From Mobula hypostoma (taxonomy: Eukaryota): a DNA stretch of 64,000 nucleotides. Below the pieces are notes generated by a model that made no database searches, had not been told where the DNA came from, and worked only from the letters and a program-made list of their open reading frames with translations. Each line of letters opens with the position of its first letter. Position 1 is the stretch's first letter. Positions 12,040 through 25,688 of this stretch are shown here, in pieces. The position numbers were made by a program, and so were the translations under genes. The stretch spans positions 64,668,001-64,732,000 of the forward strand of contig NC_086097.1 in NCBI RefSeq assembly GCF_963921235.1. The letters are read 5' to 3'.

Positions 12040-15000
12040 GGTGAACCAGCCATTGACTCAGCAGAGTTTACACCCCTAAAAGAAGTCAGCTGAGACGAGG
12101 GCACAAGCAGCAGGAAACTATTGATCATCTGCTCAATGCTCTCAGCCAACAACTCTGCATCTCGTTACAACAACCCCGTGCCAATCAACCTCCTTTGGAA
12201 CCCCAGATTCTGGTGCATGAATGCTTTGAAGTCTCACCAACCTGATGCAGCTCAATTCTCTCAACCAACTTTCCATCTCACTACAGCAACCCTGTGCCAA
12301 TCAACCTCCTTCTTCAGAACCTCAAATTCTGATACCTGAATGCTTCAATGGATCACCAACCTGATGCAGCAGCCATCTTTCTGTCCCAGCGTGTCTTGCA
12401 CTTCCAGCTGACGTTATCTCTGTATTCTACAGACCAAGCCAGGATTGCCCTCATCACCTCTCTCTTGACTGTGCAAGCTCTAACCTGGGCCACTGCTAAC
12501 TGGGAAAATAAAACTATAATCTGAAATAAATATTACGAATTCACCACTGAGATGTGTTCTTCATGGCCTCTCAGAGTGCTTGGAAAAACGAGTTGTCTCC
12601 CCGGGAGATGCCAACCGACCTCAAATACCTCATCAATCTGGCCCTCCATGTTGGCAAGCACCATATGGAGCAACTCTCCAGATCACAAGCCAGTTCTGTT
12701 CCCAGAACCATATACAGCTGCGGAACCCTCATCAGCAAATCCTCCAGAACCCGCGCAGCTACGGAGAGCTCCCTTTGCACCCCACCCCCATGAGCATCAG
12801 TGAAGAAATAACTTCTGTGTCTATTGCAGAGCAGCCAACCACCCACTCATCAAATGCCCACTAAATCTGGGAAAACAACCCCACCAGGTAGAAACAAAGA
12901 CTCTTCTATCTAGTGGCCCACCACCTCGTCCCCCCCACTCCGCCTCTTAGTTCAGCACCATAGCCTGACTTACTCTGTCTGTCCTCCTCCACAACCTGAC
13001 AGCTCTACACACACAGGAGGTTCTGGTGGATTTTGGCGCACCTGACAACTTTCTGGACCGGACTCTGTGGGTGCAACTTGGACTCCCTACCAAGCCTATC
13101 CCTCCCCCTTCTGAACCTGTGCCATTGATGGGTGTCCCTTGCTGTCTGGGATGGTCAAAGTGTGCACACAGCCTGTGCACATGAGCATCAGAGAGCACCA
13201 CAAGCCCATCCAATTTCTCCTTATTGACTGACCCATGACTCCCCTCATCCTGAGTTACCCCTGGTTCTCCACCCATGATCCTCATTTCATCTGGTCATCT
13301 GGTCATCTGACCCGCCTAAAGGACCACCTGCCTGTAACCTCAGCTGACTTCACCCTGTAAGTCATGGAAACAGGGGAAACCCTTGATCTCACCCAACCCC
13401 CACAGCAATATCACGACTTAGTGAAAGGGAAGCCAGCACCCGGCCATCTCAGGCCATACAGCTGTGTGATTGACCTCCTCCAGACGTAGTCTGTTCTCCC
13501 TCCCTTGCTGAGAATGACTACATCACCAAAATGCTACACCATAACCATACCAGTCCTCAGCTGCTGCAGAGTTTTTCTTGCTCGAAAAGAAAGATGGGGG
13601 TCTTCATCCTTGCATTGACTACTGTGGACTCAACAAAATCACCATTAAGAATTGTTCCCCTCTCCCCTTGATGGATAGTGCATTCAAAACACCATGCGAG
13701 GCCCAGATCTTCACCAAATTGGATCTACGAAGTTTGTACAACCTAATCGACATCCTTCAGTGGGATAAGTGAAAGACAGCATTCATTACATCCTGCGAAT
13801 ACTTGGTAATGTCTTTTGGACCTTCCAATAGTCCAGCCACTTTCCAGGTCTTTTATTCACAAGATCCTCCAAGACATGTATGTGCTCAATGACAAATTCA
13901 CCTTCTCCAAGGGCCACATCTGTCACATCTGTTCAGTTCTTCAGCTTCTCCTCAAAAACTAGCCATACTACAAGTTAGGGAAATGCCAATTCCACACCCA
14001 AGTCATTTATTTCCTAGGTTATGCCCTTTCACCCCAAGGCATAACCATGGATTGAAAGAAAGTGTGTGCCATTGTTAAATTGCCTGGACCACACTCCCTC
14101 ATACAGCTACAAACTTTTTCAGCTTCTCCAACCTCCCTCACAGATAACCTGGTCTGGACCGCCCTTTTGAGGCGCTCAAGAGATGCTTTACCACCACTTC
14201 CATTCTCTGCCATCCGAATCCCTCTGGACCTTCTCTGGAAGAGGTGAACACATCTGGCATGGGCACTGGGACCACCCTCTCCCAGTGAGGATTGAATGGG
14301 AAGACAAGTTCAACTTGCACAGTGCCATTATGGAACAGAAGACAGGGAGCTGCTTACCATTAAATGGGTCGTAGAGGAATGGAGAATTGGTTGATAGAAA
14401 CACTGGACACATCCTGATCTAGGCTAACCACCAGAGCCTCATATCCATTCATCATCATTATAGGCATCTGTTAGTCTCATGAGACCATGGATTTGCGCCT
14501 TGGAAGGTTTCCAGGGTGCAGGCCTGGGCAAGGTTGTATGGAAAACCGGCAGTTGCCCATGCTGCAAGTCTCCCCTCTCCACGACACCAATGTTGTCCAA
14601 GGGAAGGGCACTAGGGCCGATACAGCTTGGCACCAGTGACATTGCAGAGCAATGTGTGGTTAAGTGCCTTGCTCAAAGACACAACACGCTGCCTTGGCCA
14701 AGGCTTGAACTAACGACCTTCAGATCACTAGACAAATGCCTTAACCACCTGGCCACGCACCAACACGTATCAATCAATTCAACCCATGCCAGGCTCACTG
14801 GGCCTTCTTCCTCGAGCAATTCAGCTTCACCATCTCCTACCGACACGGCGCCAAGAACACTAAGGTGGACACCCTGTCATGTCAGTTCAACCCAGCTGAA
14901 TCGGAGATCGTCACTCATTCCATGATTCCATCCTCACAGATCCTTGGCCCGATTGTCCAGGATCTTGAGAACCAAACCCACCAGGCCCTACAGTATGAGC

Positions 15001-16665
15001 CTGCTCCAGCTTACGCACCTAACAACCACATGTACGTGCCGGGTGCCACATGCTCTGAGGCACCTCAGTGGGCCCCCACTCCTCATCCCTCCCTACCCGT
15101 AGATCCACAACATACCTTGGATTTTCTGCGATGCCAGTTTTGGTGACCCACTATGCTCACAGATACACGTCAGTTCATCGTTGTTTGCCCTCAAAGTGCC
15201 TAGTCTAATTCCTCCAAGCAGCTGCTCTCTGGGTTCCTGCGGTCCTTACCTGCCCCTCGATGCCGGTGGCCCCACATCACCATGGATTTCATCATGGGAT
15301 TGCCACCTTCCAATGGGACCATGGAGATCATGATAGTGGGGGGGATTGGTTCTCCAAGGTGACCCACTTCATTGCCCTCCCCAAACTTCTGTCACCTGCT
15401 GAGACAGGGACCTGGATCTCCATTGTGTTGGACAGGGGCGCACAATTCACCTCCCACTTCAGGCAAACCTTCTGCTCCCTCCTCCATACCTCAGTGAGTT
15501 TGTCCTCTGGTTATCATCTGCAGACCAATGGCCAGTCAGAAAGAGCCAATCAATAAGTGGAGAGGTTTCAGTGATGCTTTGCCGCCTTTAACCCTTCCAC
15601 ATGGATGCAGCATCTACTCTGGGCTGAACTGTCCCACGATCTACACACCTCCTCTGTCACAGGTCGGTCACCCTTTTTGAAGTGTTTCGTAGCTACCAGC
15701 CCCGACTGTTCCCCATGGAGAAGCCAATAGTGGAAGTCCTGTCCATCAGTGCCCTGGTTTTCCGTTTCCGGAAGGTGTGGAAAAGGGCATGGAAGGTTGT
15801 CCTAGCTGCCTACCACCTTGCTGCCGCCTGGCCAATTTCCAATGGCACCTAGCTAGATTACTCCAGCCTGGGGACCGTGTCTGGTAGTCCACCTGTGATC
15901 TGCCCCTGGGCTCAGACTCGTGCAAGCTCTCAGCCTCTTCATCGGTCCCTTCAAGATCACCCATCGCATCAATCCAATCACTTATCATCTTCAGGTGCCA
16001 CTGTCCCTTGGCATCATACCTACCTTCCACCTGTCCTGTCACAAGCCCATTGTCCAGGGACCACTCAATGTACCTGAGCCTGCATCTCTGGAGCCCAGAA
16101 TATTGGAAGATGATCCAGTGTAAATGGTTTGCCACTTGATACATTCATGTCATCATGGATGAGGTATGCAGTACCTAGTCAACTGAGAAGAGTATGGCCC
16201 GGAGGAGAGATCTTGGATGCCAGCTAGTTTTATCTTGGATCCATCACTCATCAAGGAGTTCCACCAGACCCAGCCTGATTGTCCTGGACCACCACATGCT
16301 AGCAATAAGAGGCATTGTCTGATGGGGGGGTGGGGAAGGTAGTCAGGCCTGCACAGGCAGGTGCCTCCCAGTCTCCACCCAGCCAACCGGAGTTATCTGC
16401 CACTCATTTCCAACTTATCACCTGCAGCCTATTTAAACCCAGCTCTCATCCATAGTCCTTGTTCATCCATCAAACCAGCCAACCTCAATCAGTTGTTCCC
16501 AGCCTTCAGTTACCTTTTTGGCTTGTTGTGTTTTTATCTGTTCTCTCTTGTTTCATGGCCCCTCATGGCTTGTTATTTTGTAGTTTATTATTAGAGTGGT
16601 TGCTCACCGCTAAATCATTTCCACTGTTCTGTATCTGGGTCAAGCCTCCTCTACATTTCCTGACA
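12040..16665 (+). mobile_element. Gypsy LTR retrotransposon, chromovirus (Sushi-like), decayed
   Basis: gag (IALITSLLT.QALTWATA), protease LVDFGA (about 13023), [21 protein letters not shown] (13578-13772), integrase [30 protein letters not shown], chromodomain [26 protein letters not shown] (about 16165-16275), G-rich PPT at about 16324, LTR ending 'tgaca' at 16665. No 5' LTR seen. Confidence 0.9.
14448..14766 (-). mobile_element. tRNA-derived SINE with a CORE-like domain, inserted in the Gypsy element
   Basis: Minus strand shows A box tggccaggtgg, B box gttcaagcc, then 'gtgtctttgagcaaggcacttaacc', and a (gat)n tail. Confidence 0.8.
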
Positions 16666-19171
16666 GAATGACCAGATACATGATCTGGTTATGTCTTTTT
16701 ATTGATTAACCTTCTTGGCAGACTGATTAGATATGGACAATTTAAACCTTGTGTCACCCAATCATTATTTTTCATTATTATGTAGGTAGTTCTAATTGTT
16801 TCTACAATGCCTGTGGCTTATGGTGATCTAATTTTGGTGGTATTCCAATTCTGCATTAGAATATTTTCTTGTGCTGTTGACTTTATAAGGTAGATCATAC
16901 AAAAAAAATAACCTGGCACTGGCCTATTCATTGTTCTTGCCATCACATTAAATTAGGGCTAAGCAATGTTTACTGGATAAATAAATAATTGAAAATTATG
17001 TAATAAAAAAATTAATGAATTACATTGCAGAATATAAGTATTTTTTAAAACAATTTCAATGCCTATTTCCACAATTAATAGATATATATTAGTGGTCTTC
17101 ATTATATTAAAAAGAAAGGATTAATTTCCTAATTATATCCACTTACTGTACGTCTGCTCCAACCAAGGTCTAATCATTATGGTTGCCATGGAAGATGCTG
17201 CATGTAATTGTTCAGGAGTATTCATTAACTTGATATGAAATGTATGACAATAAGAATCCTAGCCACTGAGGAATATTTGGTAACAGTAATCATTCACAAG
17301 AGGTAATGAGTTTGTCTTCTAGTCTGAATTTTCCATTGTGAATATCGTAGAACTCTGCATTTTTGATTTGATGGGACTAAATTAGAAAGTTCTGTAAAAT
17401 GTGGACCAGATTGTGATGCACAATTAATCCATGCCCATTTGACCTGATCTGAGACATGGACATAATTCATCTTCTTACCACACTACCATAATCTCAGCAT
17501 TCTTTTATTATTAATTCTTATCACAGACAACTGTACAAGCAATGCCTAAAGAAAAGTTGGTGGATAGAAAACCAAGAAGTGTGCAAGTTTTTCTGTCATA
17601 GCCACACATGGCCCAGGATCTAGCAGCTTACTTTGCAGAAGTGCAAGAATTGAGGTGTTTTTTTTTCTCTAAATTTCAGGACAATCACGGAGCTGTAGAC
17701 TAAGGAACCAAAAGATTTATCCGAGTATGTTTATGCTGGCCGTCAAGTATACATAGTGGTAGAGCAGATAGCTGTGCAGCTGACTTCCAGCCCAATCCAG
17801 GCTTCCTATTGTAGTGTATCTTTGCAAAAGACCGACACACTGAGTCAGGCGCTCTGCAATAGCAAATGGTTCTCGATGGACCTGCTGCTTAGACATGAGT
17901 GTGATACTGAATATTAGTTTCACTGAAAATATCTTACTATATCTTATTTACTCTTGGACTGTGACAAATTAGATTGTGTTGTATAAACTTTGTCTGACAT
18001 CAATAATTCTGTTCAGGTGCTCCGAATGCTACAACCTACCTTATTTCAGAACTTTGCATCTCGGTTGTCTGAGATAAAGTTACTAGGGTGTTTCGACCTC
18101 TTACAGCTTTCACAGTCACTGTTCTGAATTTGTAATGTAAATCTCTTGGGTTGCAAGAAGCACTATGAATGAACGAAATGTCACATGAAACTCAGTCATA
18201 TACAGCACATAATTATAAGTTGCACAGACATTCTAATTAGTCTTTATGAGCTGGCTAGTCCTTTAAAGTGAGAAAAGGATTACTATTACAATGACAGATG
18301 AAACTCCTGAAGACAAAATCAGAAGTACAAATTCCTAATCAAATACTCCAATCAAGAAAAGAAAGCTATGGAGGTTATTAAATGTATCTTAATCCACTGA
18401 TGAATTTAATAAAGAAGTAATCAAAGATCATTTGAAGACTTTTGTGCCTGGATTTAGGGATGACAAGTCTACATAAAAGGTGACTTTCTAAGGTCTCTGC
18501 ATCAGATTATTATGTGACATATTCAGATTCATTTTCAACAAGGAATGCAAATTAGAGAAAAATGATCCATCGAAAATAATAATTTGCCTCCTTTGTACTT
18601 ATTCATAAATAAAATCACCCCAACAATAGTTTCTTTTTAGAAGACTTTTAATTCCTGTAGAAGGTATATCATTACTGTTACAAAGTTCTGGGGAGCTCGT
18701 TCATATTTCCAAGCTCTCTAGAACAATTGCTGGAGTCCCCAGCAGCCTTTGATTATTAATGTGTATTTCTATTATTTTATGGTGATAATAGGATTTGATC
18801 CATTGCTCAACGTTTCTCCCTATACACATTTTAGTATGAAGTTTGCTGATTTTTGAGATTAGAAAGAGTGAAAGGTGTTCCTTGCTCATTTGACTTGCAC
18901 TTGGCCCCAAGCATCCCATTTGACCTAGTGATTAGGAATGCAAAGCAGCAAAGTGCTTGCTGCCGGGGATCTGAGATTGTACCAAGCAGCTACGGGTCCC
19001 CTTTTCCAATCAGACTGAAGCATTCTTGCTGAGTCACATAGGCACCATTACCAGTGGGAGGAAATTGAAGGCTCTTGCGCATGTTAAAGTCATTAATAAG
19101 ATCATAAATAGCTGAGGAAGGGCACTCAAGCTTGTAACAAGATACCTGAAAATGCCTGCTTACTCCCATTG

Positions 19172-19448
19172 GTTTATTTATTTGTTTGTTATACAGTGCA
19201 GAATAGTCCCTTCCAGCCCTTTGAGCCACGCCGCCCAGCAACCCTTGACTTAACCCTAGCTTTATTGCAGAACAATTTACGATGACTAATTAACCTACTG
19301 ACCAGTGCATCTTTGAACTGTGGGAGGAAACTGGAGCACCCTGAGGAAACCCATGCAGTCACGGAGAGAATGTGCAAGCTTCTTCCAGTCTTACAGAATT
19401 GAACCCAGGTTCCCGATACTGTAAATTGTTGTGCTAACCACTACGCTA
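19172..19448 (-). mobile_element. V-SINE (HE1/HER-like)
   Basis: Minus-strand head tagcgtagtggttagc...gggttcaattc; V-domain 'gcatgggtttcctcagggtgctccagtttcctcccaca'; aaat-type tail. Confidence 0.85.
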
Positions 19449-19575
19449 GGTTATCTGTCCTTTAACCAGTCTTCTAAATATGCTAGTCCCACACCCCGTG
19501 AGTCTATAATTTATGAAATTTTTGTCGAGGGCCTCTGGCATGTAACCCAATCAGCGTAATTATTTAAAGTATTGC

Positions 19576-19722
19576 ACACATAACACTGGAGAAACTCAGC
19601 AGGTCAGGCAACATCAGTGGTGGGAAATGCAAAATCCAAGCCTCTTCATCAGGACCTGCTGAGTTCCTCTAACATTTTATACATGTTTCTCCAGATCTCC
19701 AGCATTTGCAGTTTGTCTTCTG
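19576..19722. mobile_element. Collapsed old Penelope-derived palindromic element
   Basis: 'ctggagaaactcagcaggtc...cttcatcaggacctgctgagttcctc..cattt' has inverted arms of the PLE terminus. Confidence 0.6.
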
Positions 19723-20055
19723 TCAGCATATTTGTTACCTTCTCCCTCAGGTACATAAGGAAATCAACCTTTCTATTTCCCTTTCTTGCACCTTGTCGAA
19801 GCAAGTCACATTCTCAGGTCACTTTGAACAATGAAACTTCTCTTAATGTCCCTGTTAGTGATTATTTTACATTTATAGCTCTTAGTTATTGACTCTCCCA
19901 CATGGAGATATATTTTCCAAGTGTCACCCAAGGAAGCTCTTTTATAATGTTAGGAACACTGTTAGGCACCCAAGGATTTCTCTAGAAAAGAGGGATCTTT
20001 AAAAGGTGTAGCCTCTTAATTCTGGTTTTATATAGTTTCTATTTCTGTTTTCTTC

Positions 20056-20284
20056 AGAATCAGGTTTCTTATCGCTGTCTCGTATGCCATGAAATTTATT
20101 GCTTTGTGGCAGCAGTATAGTAGAAAGACTTAAGATTATTATATATTGCAAAATACATAGTGCAAAGGAAAAGAATAATGAGGTCCTGTTCATGGATCAG
20201 AAATCTGTTAACAGAGGGGAAGAAGCTGTTCCTAAATCATTGAGGGTGGGTATTCTGGATCCTGTACCACCTCCCTGATGGGAG
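20056..20284 (-). mobile_element. Rex1/Babar-type LINE 3' tail, host of the Gypsy element; continues at 24061-24120
   Basis: Tail 'cagaatcagg'; 'cctccctgatg|gtagtaatgagagcagggcatg' rejoins across the LTR element. Confidence 0.75.
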
Positions 20285-20481
20285 TATAGGTTTTCGCAAA
20301 TAAGACGGCAGAGGCTTTTTAAGTTTAAGGGAAATTCTTTATTGTCAACCAAACACAGAACATAAAGCACAGTAAAAAAACTGCATGTTGTCATGTCTGA
20401 CCGGCCCCTTAAAGTGAACCCCAACTCAATGTCAGTGGTTGTGAAATATGCATACGTTTCCACCCATTACGTTACTCTACG
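20285..20481 (-). repeat. 3' LTR
   Basis: Direct repeat of 23846-24060, e.g. shared 'aaagtgaaccccaactcaatgtcagtgg' and 'atgcatacgtttccacccattac'. Confidence 0.92.
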
Positions 20482-23400
20482 CAGTTCCCCCCACCCCAGA
20501 ATTCACCAATCCGGCATTGTGAACCTGTCTGGAGCTCAGACACTCATAATGGCTGCCCGTACACCAGCTGAGCCGGAGACGACTGCAGGTCCTCTTTTGG
20601 AACCACCCCGAGTCCCAGCAGGACCCACGGAAGATGATCATGTCAGCACATCCATCAGGGGGGCCCTCAAAGCAGCCTTTAAGGAGCGGTGAAACCGCTC
20701 GCGTAGGCCATTGGATTGTGGGTCATACACCGTGGTGTGATGCAGCCTAACGCCAAGGTTCTGGGCCTTTGCAGCCCAGAGGTCTGATATGAATTGGGGA
20801 CCGCAGTCAGAGGAAATATGAGATGGGGTGTCAAACCCAGGTGCTGATGAATCCCCAAGCCACATCTGTGGCCACCGTTGATGCTAGAGGGTCGACCTCT
20901 GGCCACCTAGTGGCGCAGTGCACCATGAAACCACATGAGGTGAGGAAGAAGACTAATCAATTCCACATTGACGTGGTCAAACCGTCACTCAGGAATTGCA
21001 AAAGGTCCCAATGGCACCTGAAAACACTGGCTAATTTTCACCCACTGGCACTCAATGCAGGCTGCAATTCAATCAAGGAAATACTTTCTAAGGCCGTGCT
21101 ACTCAAACTTTCATGAAACCAGTTTCGGTGAGGCCTTCCAGCCTGAATGTGAGAGGCTGTGAATGGAGTTTATATCCAGTTTGCGGGCACGATGGTGTGA
21201 GCGTGACCGGTTGAGACATTGCACAGGAGAGATACCCCAGCTTCTCAGAACTTAATGCCAGCCAACCGCGAAGATGTGACTGCTGTTCCGTAGGTCTGGA
21301 CCTCTGGGACAATAGCTTGCTCGGTTTCCATGGCAACATAGTCAACACCAATGTGTATGACCATGATGGCAGCCTGTGACAGGCAATCAGCCATGGTATC
21401 ATCTTTCCCCTTGATGTGTTGTATGCCACTCCTGGACACAGATATGTAGGCCTGGTGCTGTTGCTGCCGTGCAGATCAAAGCTCTGATATTTTGGCCATC
21501 ACATGTATGAGGGGTTTGAGATCTACGAATGCTGTAAAATGGTGATCCTCTAGTAGAAAACAAAAAAGGCAGACAGCCAGATAGAGACTGAAAAACTCGT
21601 GGTCAAACGTGCTGTACTTCCTTTTGGGGATGGAGCTGCCGGCAGAAGAAAGCAACCGACTGCCACACACTTCTGACCAACTGTGCACAGTACACACAAC
21701 ATCATCTGAAGCGTCAGTAGTAATGGCTATGGGTGCATTGGGGAGCAGACGCGTCGGTAGAGTTATGTTGGAATGAGCTCATTTGGTGTCATCAAATGCC
21801 CTGGTCATGTCCCCTGACTAGTTAAGCACATGATTAGGGAGATTGCCTTTAAGGGCACTATGAGTTCAGCCGCTCATGAAATGAAGTAGCGATAGAAATT
21901 CATCGTACCTAAACACTCTTGTAGTTTTTTAGTAGTGTGGTGTGGTGGGAAATCCATAATAGCAGGGACTTTTGATTGGAGGGTTTTCGCACTTTCTGCG
22001 AAGAGGCGATGGCCAAGAAAGTCAATGATTGGGAACTCAAAATGGCACAGCGGTATTAATACTCAAACCATGTTGGCTTAAGTGCTCAAAAAGTGTGCAG
22101 AGATGTGATGCATGTTCAGATTTGGATGCACTGGTGACAAGTATGTCATCCAGGAAACCAAAAGAAAATCTAAGTCATTTCATACAGAGTCCATCAGCCA
22201 TTGGAAAGTCTGTGCTGCATTTTTCAGTCACAGAAAAATGCACAGAATCTCAAAGACGCCAAATGGGGTTATCACAGCCATTTTGGGAATATCCTCTTAG
22301 CACACAGACACCTAATGGTAACTCCTAACTAAGTCAACTTTAGAAAAATTAGCTTTCCAGCTAAACATGCTGAGAAGTCTTGCATGTGTGGGACTGGGTA
22401 ATGTATGGGTGAGGTGACCCCATTAAGGCGACAGTAACTGCCACATGGGTGGCAACCACCATCGGATGTGGGGACCATGTGGGGGGGGCAAAGCCCAGGG
22501 AGTATTCGACCTGTATACAATACCAAGCCTTTTCATGTTGGCAAATTCAGCCTTTTCAGTTGCCAGCTTTTCTGTGTCCAGTGTGCGCATGTGGGCACGG
22601 ACTGACGAGTCAGTTGCGGGAATGTGGTGCTCGACCCCATGTTTTGTGACTGTAGTGAAGAAGGTGAGCTTGGTGAGATTTGGGAATTTGCCCAGCAGTC
22701 AAGTGAACTCACATGCAGTGGCTCATGCGCTTGACAGAGTCACTGTGGGGAACTTACTGGGGGAGCAGGGTAATGACCCAAAGTCCTTGTCGTCTACAAG
22801 CCGGCAGTTCTTAAGATCAACCAGCAGTCCTTGGGGCCATAGGAAATCTGCGTCAAGCTGAAGTCTAGTCACTTGAGCAAGGACGAAGTCCCATGTGTAA
22901 TGTCACCCACTGAAGTGGCACATCACCGGTTGTGTCCCATAAGCCTGGATCCTGTTGCCGCTGGCAACCTCCAGCTTGCTTTTGTTGCTCTTTGCCTTCT
23001 GATCAATTGGTGATGCTGGCAGCACACTCACTTAAACACCTGTGTCACACATGAGGCATTGCCCTGAAAGGGTGTCCATAATGAACAGTAGATGACCCTG
23101 GCAGGTGGAACCCACCGTGTTCACAGATCTCTGATGTCTTAATGGCGTGAGACTGCCGAAGCTGCAAGGCGGTCAGCACTTCCTGACATTTGTACCAAAG
23201 TGACCGTGGTAAAAGCACAGACTGCTGTTGTCTGTTTCGGAGCCTTGGGCATGTGTGTCTGTTGGAGACCCCGCTGATGGGCTTATTGAGGTAGGGAAAG
23301 GAATAGGAATTATGCACCTCTCCTGACTGAGTGTAGACTATCAGCCATTTCAGCAGGCTCCCTATAGGTAATTCACGGGCATGTTAACAAGGGCTATACA

Positions 23401-23845
23401 AACTTGCTCAGGTATTTGCTGAAAAAAAGAGATCTTTTAAAACTATAATAACAATGGTGATTTCCCAGGGGAGACAGCATATGGTCCATTCGCTCTGAAG
23501 GGCTAGCATCCCCTCACACTGGGCATGGAGAACAACTGCTTGGTGCATCCAGGCTTCGATAGTCCAGAAGTCTCTAACAGCTGAGTTTTCAGTGTGCCAT
23601 ATTTATGACATTCCAGTCGGTGTTCAAACAGACTTGTCACTCTCGCTGCCACTACTGAGCAACGCTACTATGTAGTAATATCTGGTGTCACCCGCGGAGA
23701 TTTCTCGCAGTGCAAATTGAGCCTCGGCTTGTACAAAACAAACATCGGCGTTTTGCTCCCAAAACTCCGGCTGTTCCAAAGTGACTGCTTTGGCTGACAC
23801 GTTGAATAACTCTGGAATCATCCTAGAGCATGGGGGGGTCAGCAA

Positions 23846-24060
23846 CGTAGGTTTTTGTAAAAGGACGGCAGCGGCATTTTAATTTCAAGGGAAACCGTAA
23901 CAGCTCCTTTATCGGCAACCAAACACAGAACATAAAGCGCGGTAAAAAAAACTTCACGTCATTATGTCATCACATCAGACCAGCCTCCTAAAGTGAACCC
24001 CAACTCAATGTCAGTGGCTGTGAATTATGCATACGTTTCCACCCATTACATTACCCTACA
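23846..24060 (-). repeat. 5' LTR
   Basis: Direct repeat of 20285-20481; ends 'ctaca', which is TG on the minus strand. Confidence 0.92.
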
Positions 24061-25286
24061 GTAGTAATGAGAGCAGGGCATGTCCTAGAATGAGATCCTT
24101 TAATGGAGTGTGCTGCCTTCTAGAAAATGGACTATATCACAATATTTCATCATATGAAGCAGCAAATTCTGTGCATGGATCAAGGCGTGTGTTTGTGAGT
24201 TGAAAAATAATTACTTTTGTGTTTATTTGTTTAAGTTTTTCACACAAATTTTGTAACTGCAAATGTATATTCTATATCCCAGTTTTTTTGGTAGTGATAT
24301 GGGAATGATGTCGGGGATTGGCTGCATCCTTTCTTTATGACACAAGGTAAACGTATATAAGATTTATAAATGTGCTCGCAAATGTGTGAGGAGTTAATGC
24401 AACTGTAATGGCTATGATTCCGTTTGCAAAACTGTGTACATTTCATCTTAAAGACGATAGCATTAATTACCTATCTTTGGACTGAGTATTAACACTGAAA
24501 ATGAGATCTCTTTAAAAGAGCATAGTTGCTTAAAAAGCAAGAAGCTGTAATGGCTCATAACCATGCATAAATACCATCCAGAGCAGAGCTAATAGAAGAT
24601 GAAAACAGGCAGCCTGCGCAGTTATTGTGAGATGCACATTTTGGAGTTCTGTCATTTACATTCTGCAACCTTCCCGTCTCTTACAGTTATAAATTGCATG
24701 ATAACAGCTCAAAGCATGGAATATGAGATAATAGCTCTATAGAAGCTAGGTCCTGAAAATAGATCTACCACGTGTCTAGCTTTTATTCAACAGCATTTTG
24801 TTGTATCAGTGCAGATTTCATATTAGAAAGATTTTCTGGCAAACTAACTTAATTTTGGATTTTTTCCTTCATTGTAAATCATTGCCTTGAATGAACTGTG
24901 GATAGTTGAATATACAATTTTTTTGGGACAGTTGTGTTCACATCTCAGGGCTACATTTCAATTAAATATATTCCCCACAGGACCAGGCTCAAATGAATGT
25001 GGGTTTTGGCAATTTGCTGTCGATCATTCTGAGAAGAGGGAGAGGGCAGTCAGGACTTAAAAGTAAAATCTCTAAGGTAGCCCACAGCATAGCATGGTTG
25101 CACAATGAAAACACGGGATGCAAGGGAATAGAGTGAGATCCTGTGTGTACAAGGGCCAGTGAGACCAATTAAGGCTCCTGGCAGGAACTGGTCCCTACAG
25201 ACACCACCTGGAGCAAGAATCCCCAATCATTCACCAATTTGGAACCTCAAAGAGTTTCCAGTGATCAGACTCAAGAACACATTAAC

Positions 25287-25500
25287 TGGTGTAGCAGTTA
25301 GTGCTGTTGCCACACAGATCCAGTGATGCCAGTTTGGACCTGACCCCAAAATGTTGTCTTGCATGGAGCTTTCACATTCTCCCATCGTGACCATGTGAAT
25401 TTCATTTGGATGCTGCGGTTTCCTTCCTTATCCTAGAGTTGTGCTGGTAGCTTAATTGGCTGCTGTAACTTGTACCGAGTGTGGTTCAGTAGCAGAACTT
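25287..25500 (+). mobile_element. Old V-SINE
   Basis: 'tggtgtagcagttagtgctgttgccacacag...catggagctttcacattctccc..gtgaccatgtg..tttc..ggatgctgcggtttcct'. Confidence 0.7.
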
Positions 25501-25688
25501 GGCGGGGTGGGGGGCAGACAGGGGGCAGATAATGTTCAGAAAAATATGGGGGATGAAAAGGAGCGTGTGCTCTGAAAACTGCCAGAATAAGAAATATGAG
25601 ATTTAACTTTTAAATATCAGTAAAGAGCCATGTACCTTGTGACAGTCAGTTGCCAATCAATAGATTTATATACATATACATACACACA

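Larger units (their letters stand above)
20285..24060 (-). mobile_element. Gypsy LTR retrotransposon with both LTRs (CsRN1-like gag), decayed
   Basis: Two LTRs of about 200 bp; near-TSD ggag/gtag; PBS-like sequence at 23831-23845; PPT 'ggggtggggggaactg' (20482-20497). gag PEFWEQNADVCFVQAEAQFALR; RT YPVPHMQDFS and FLDDILV; RNase H STFDHE..YLAV; integrase HISSDCGPQFISDLW..PQSNGLRERFHRSLKAAL. Confidence 0.92.
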
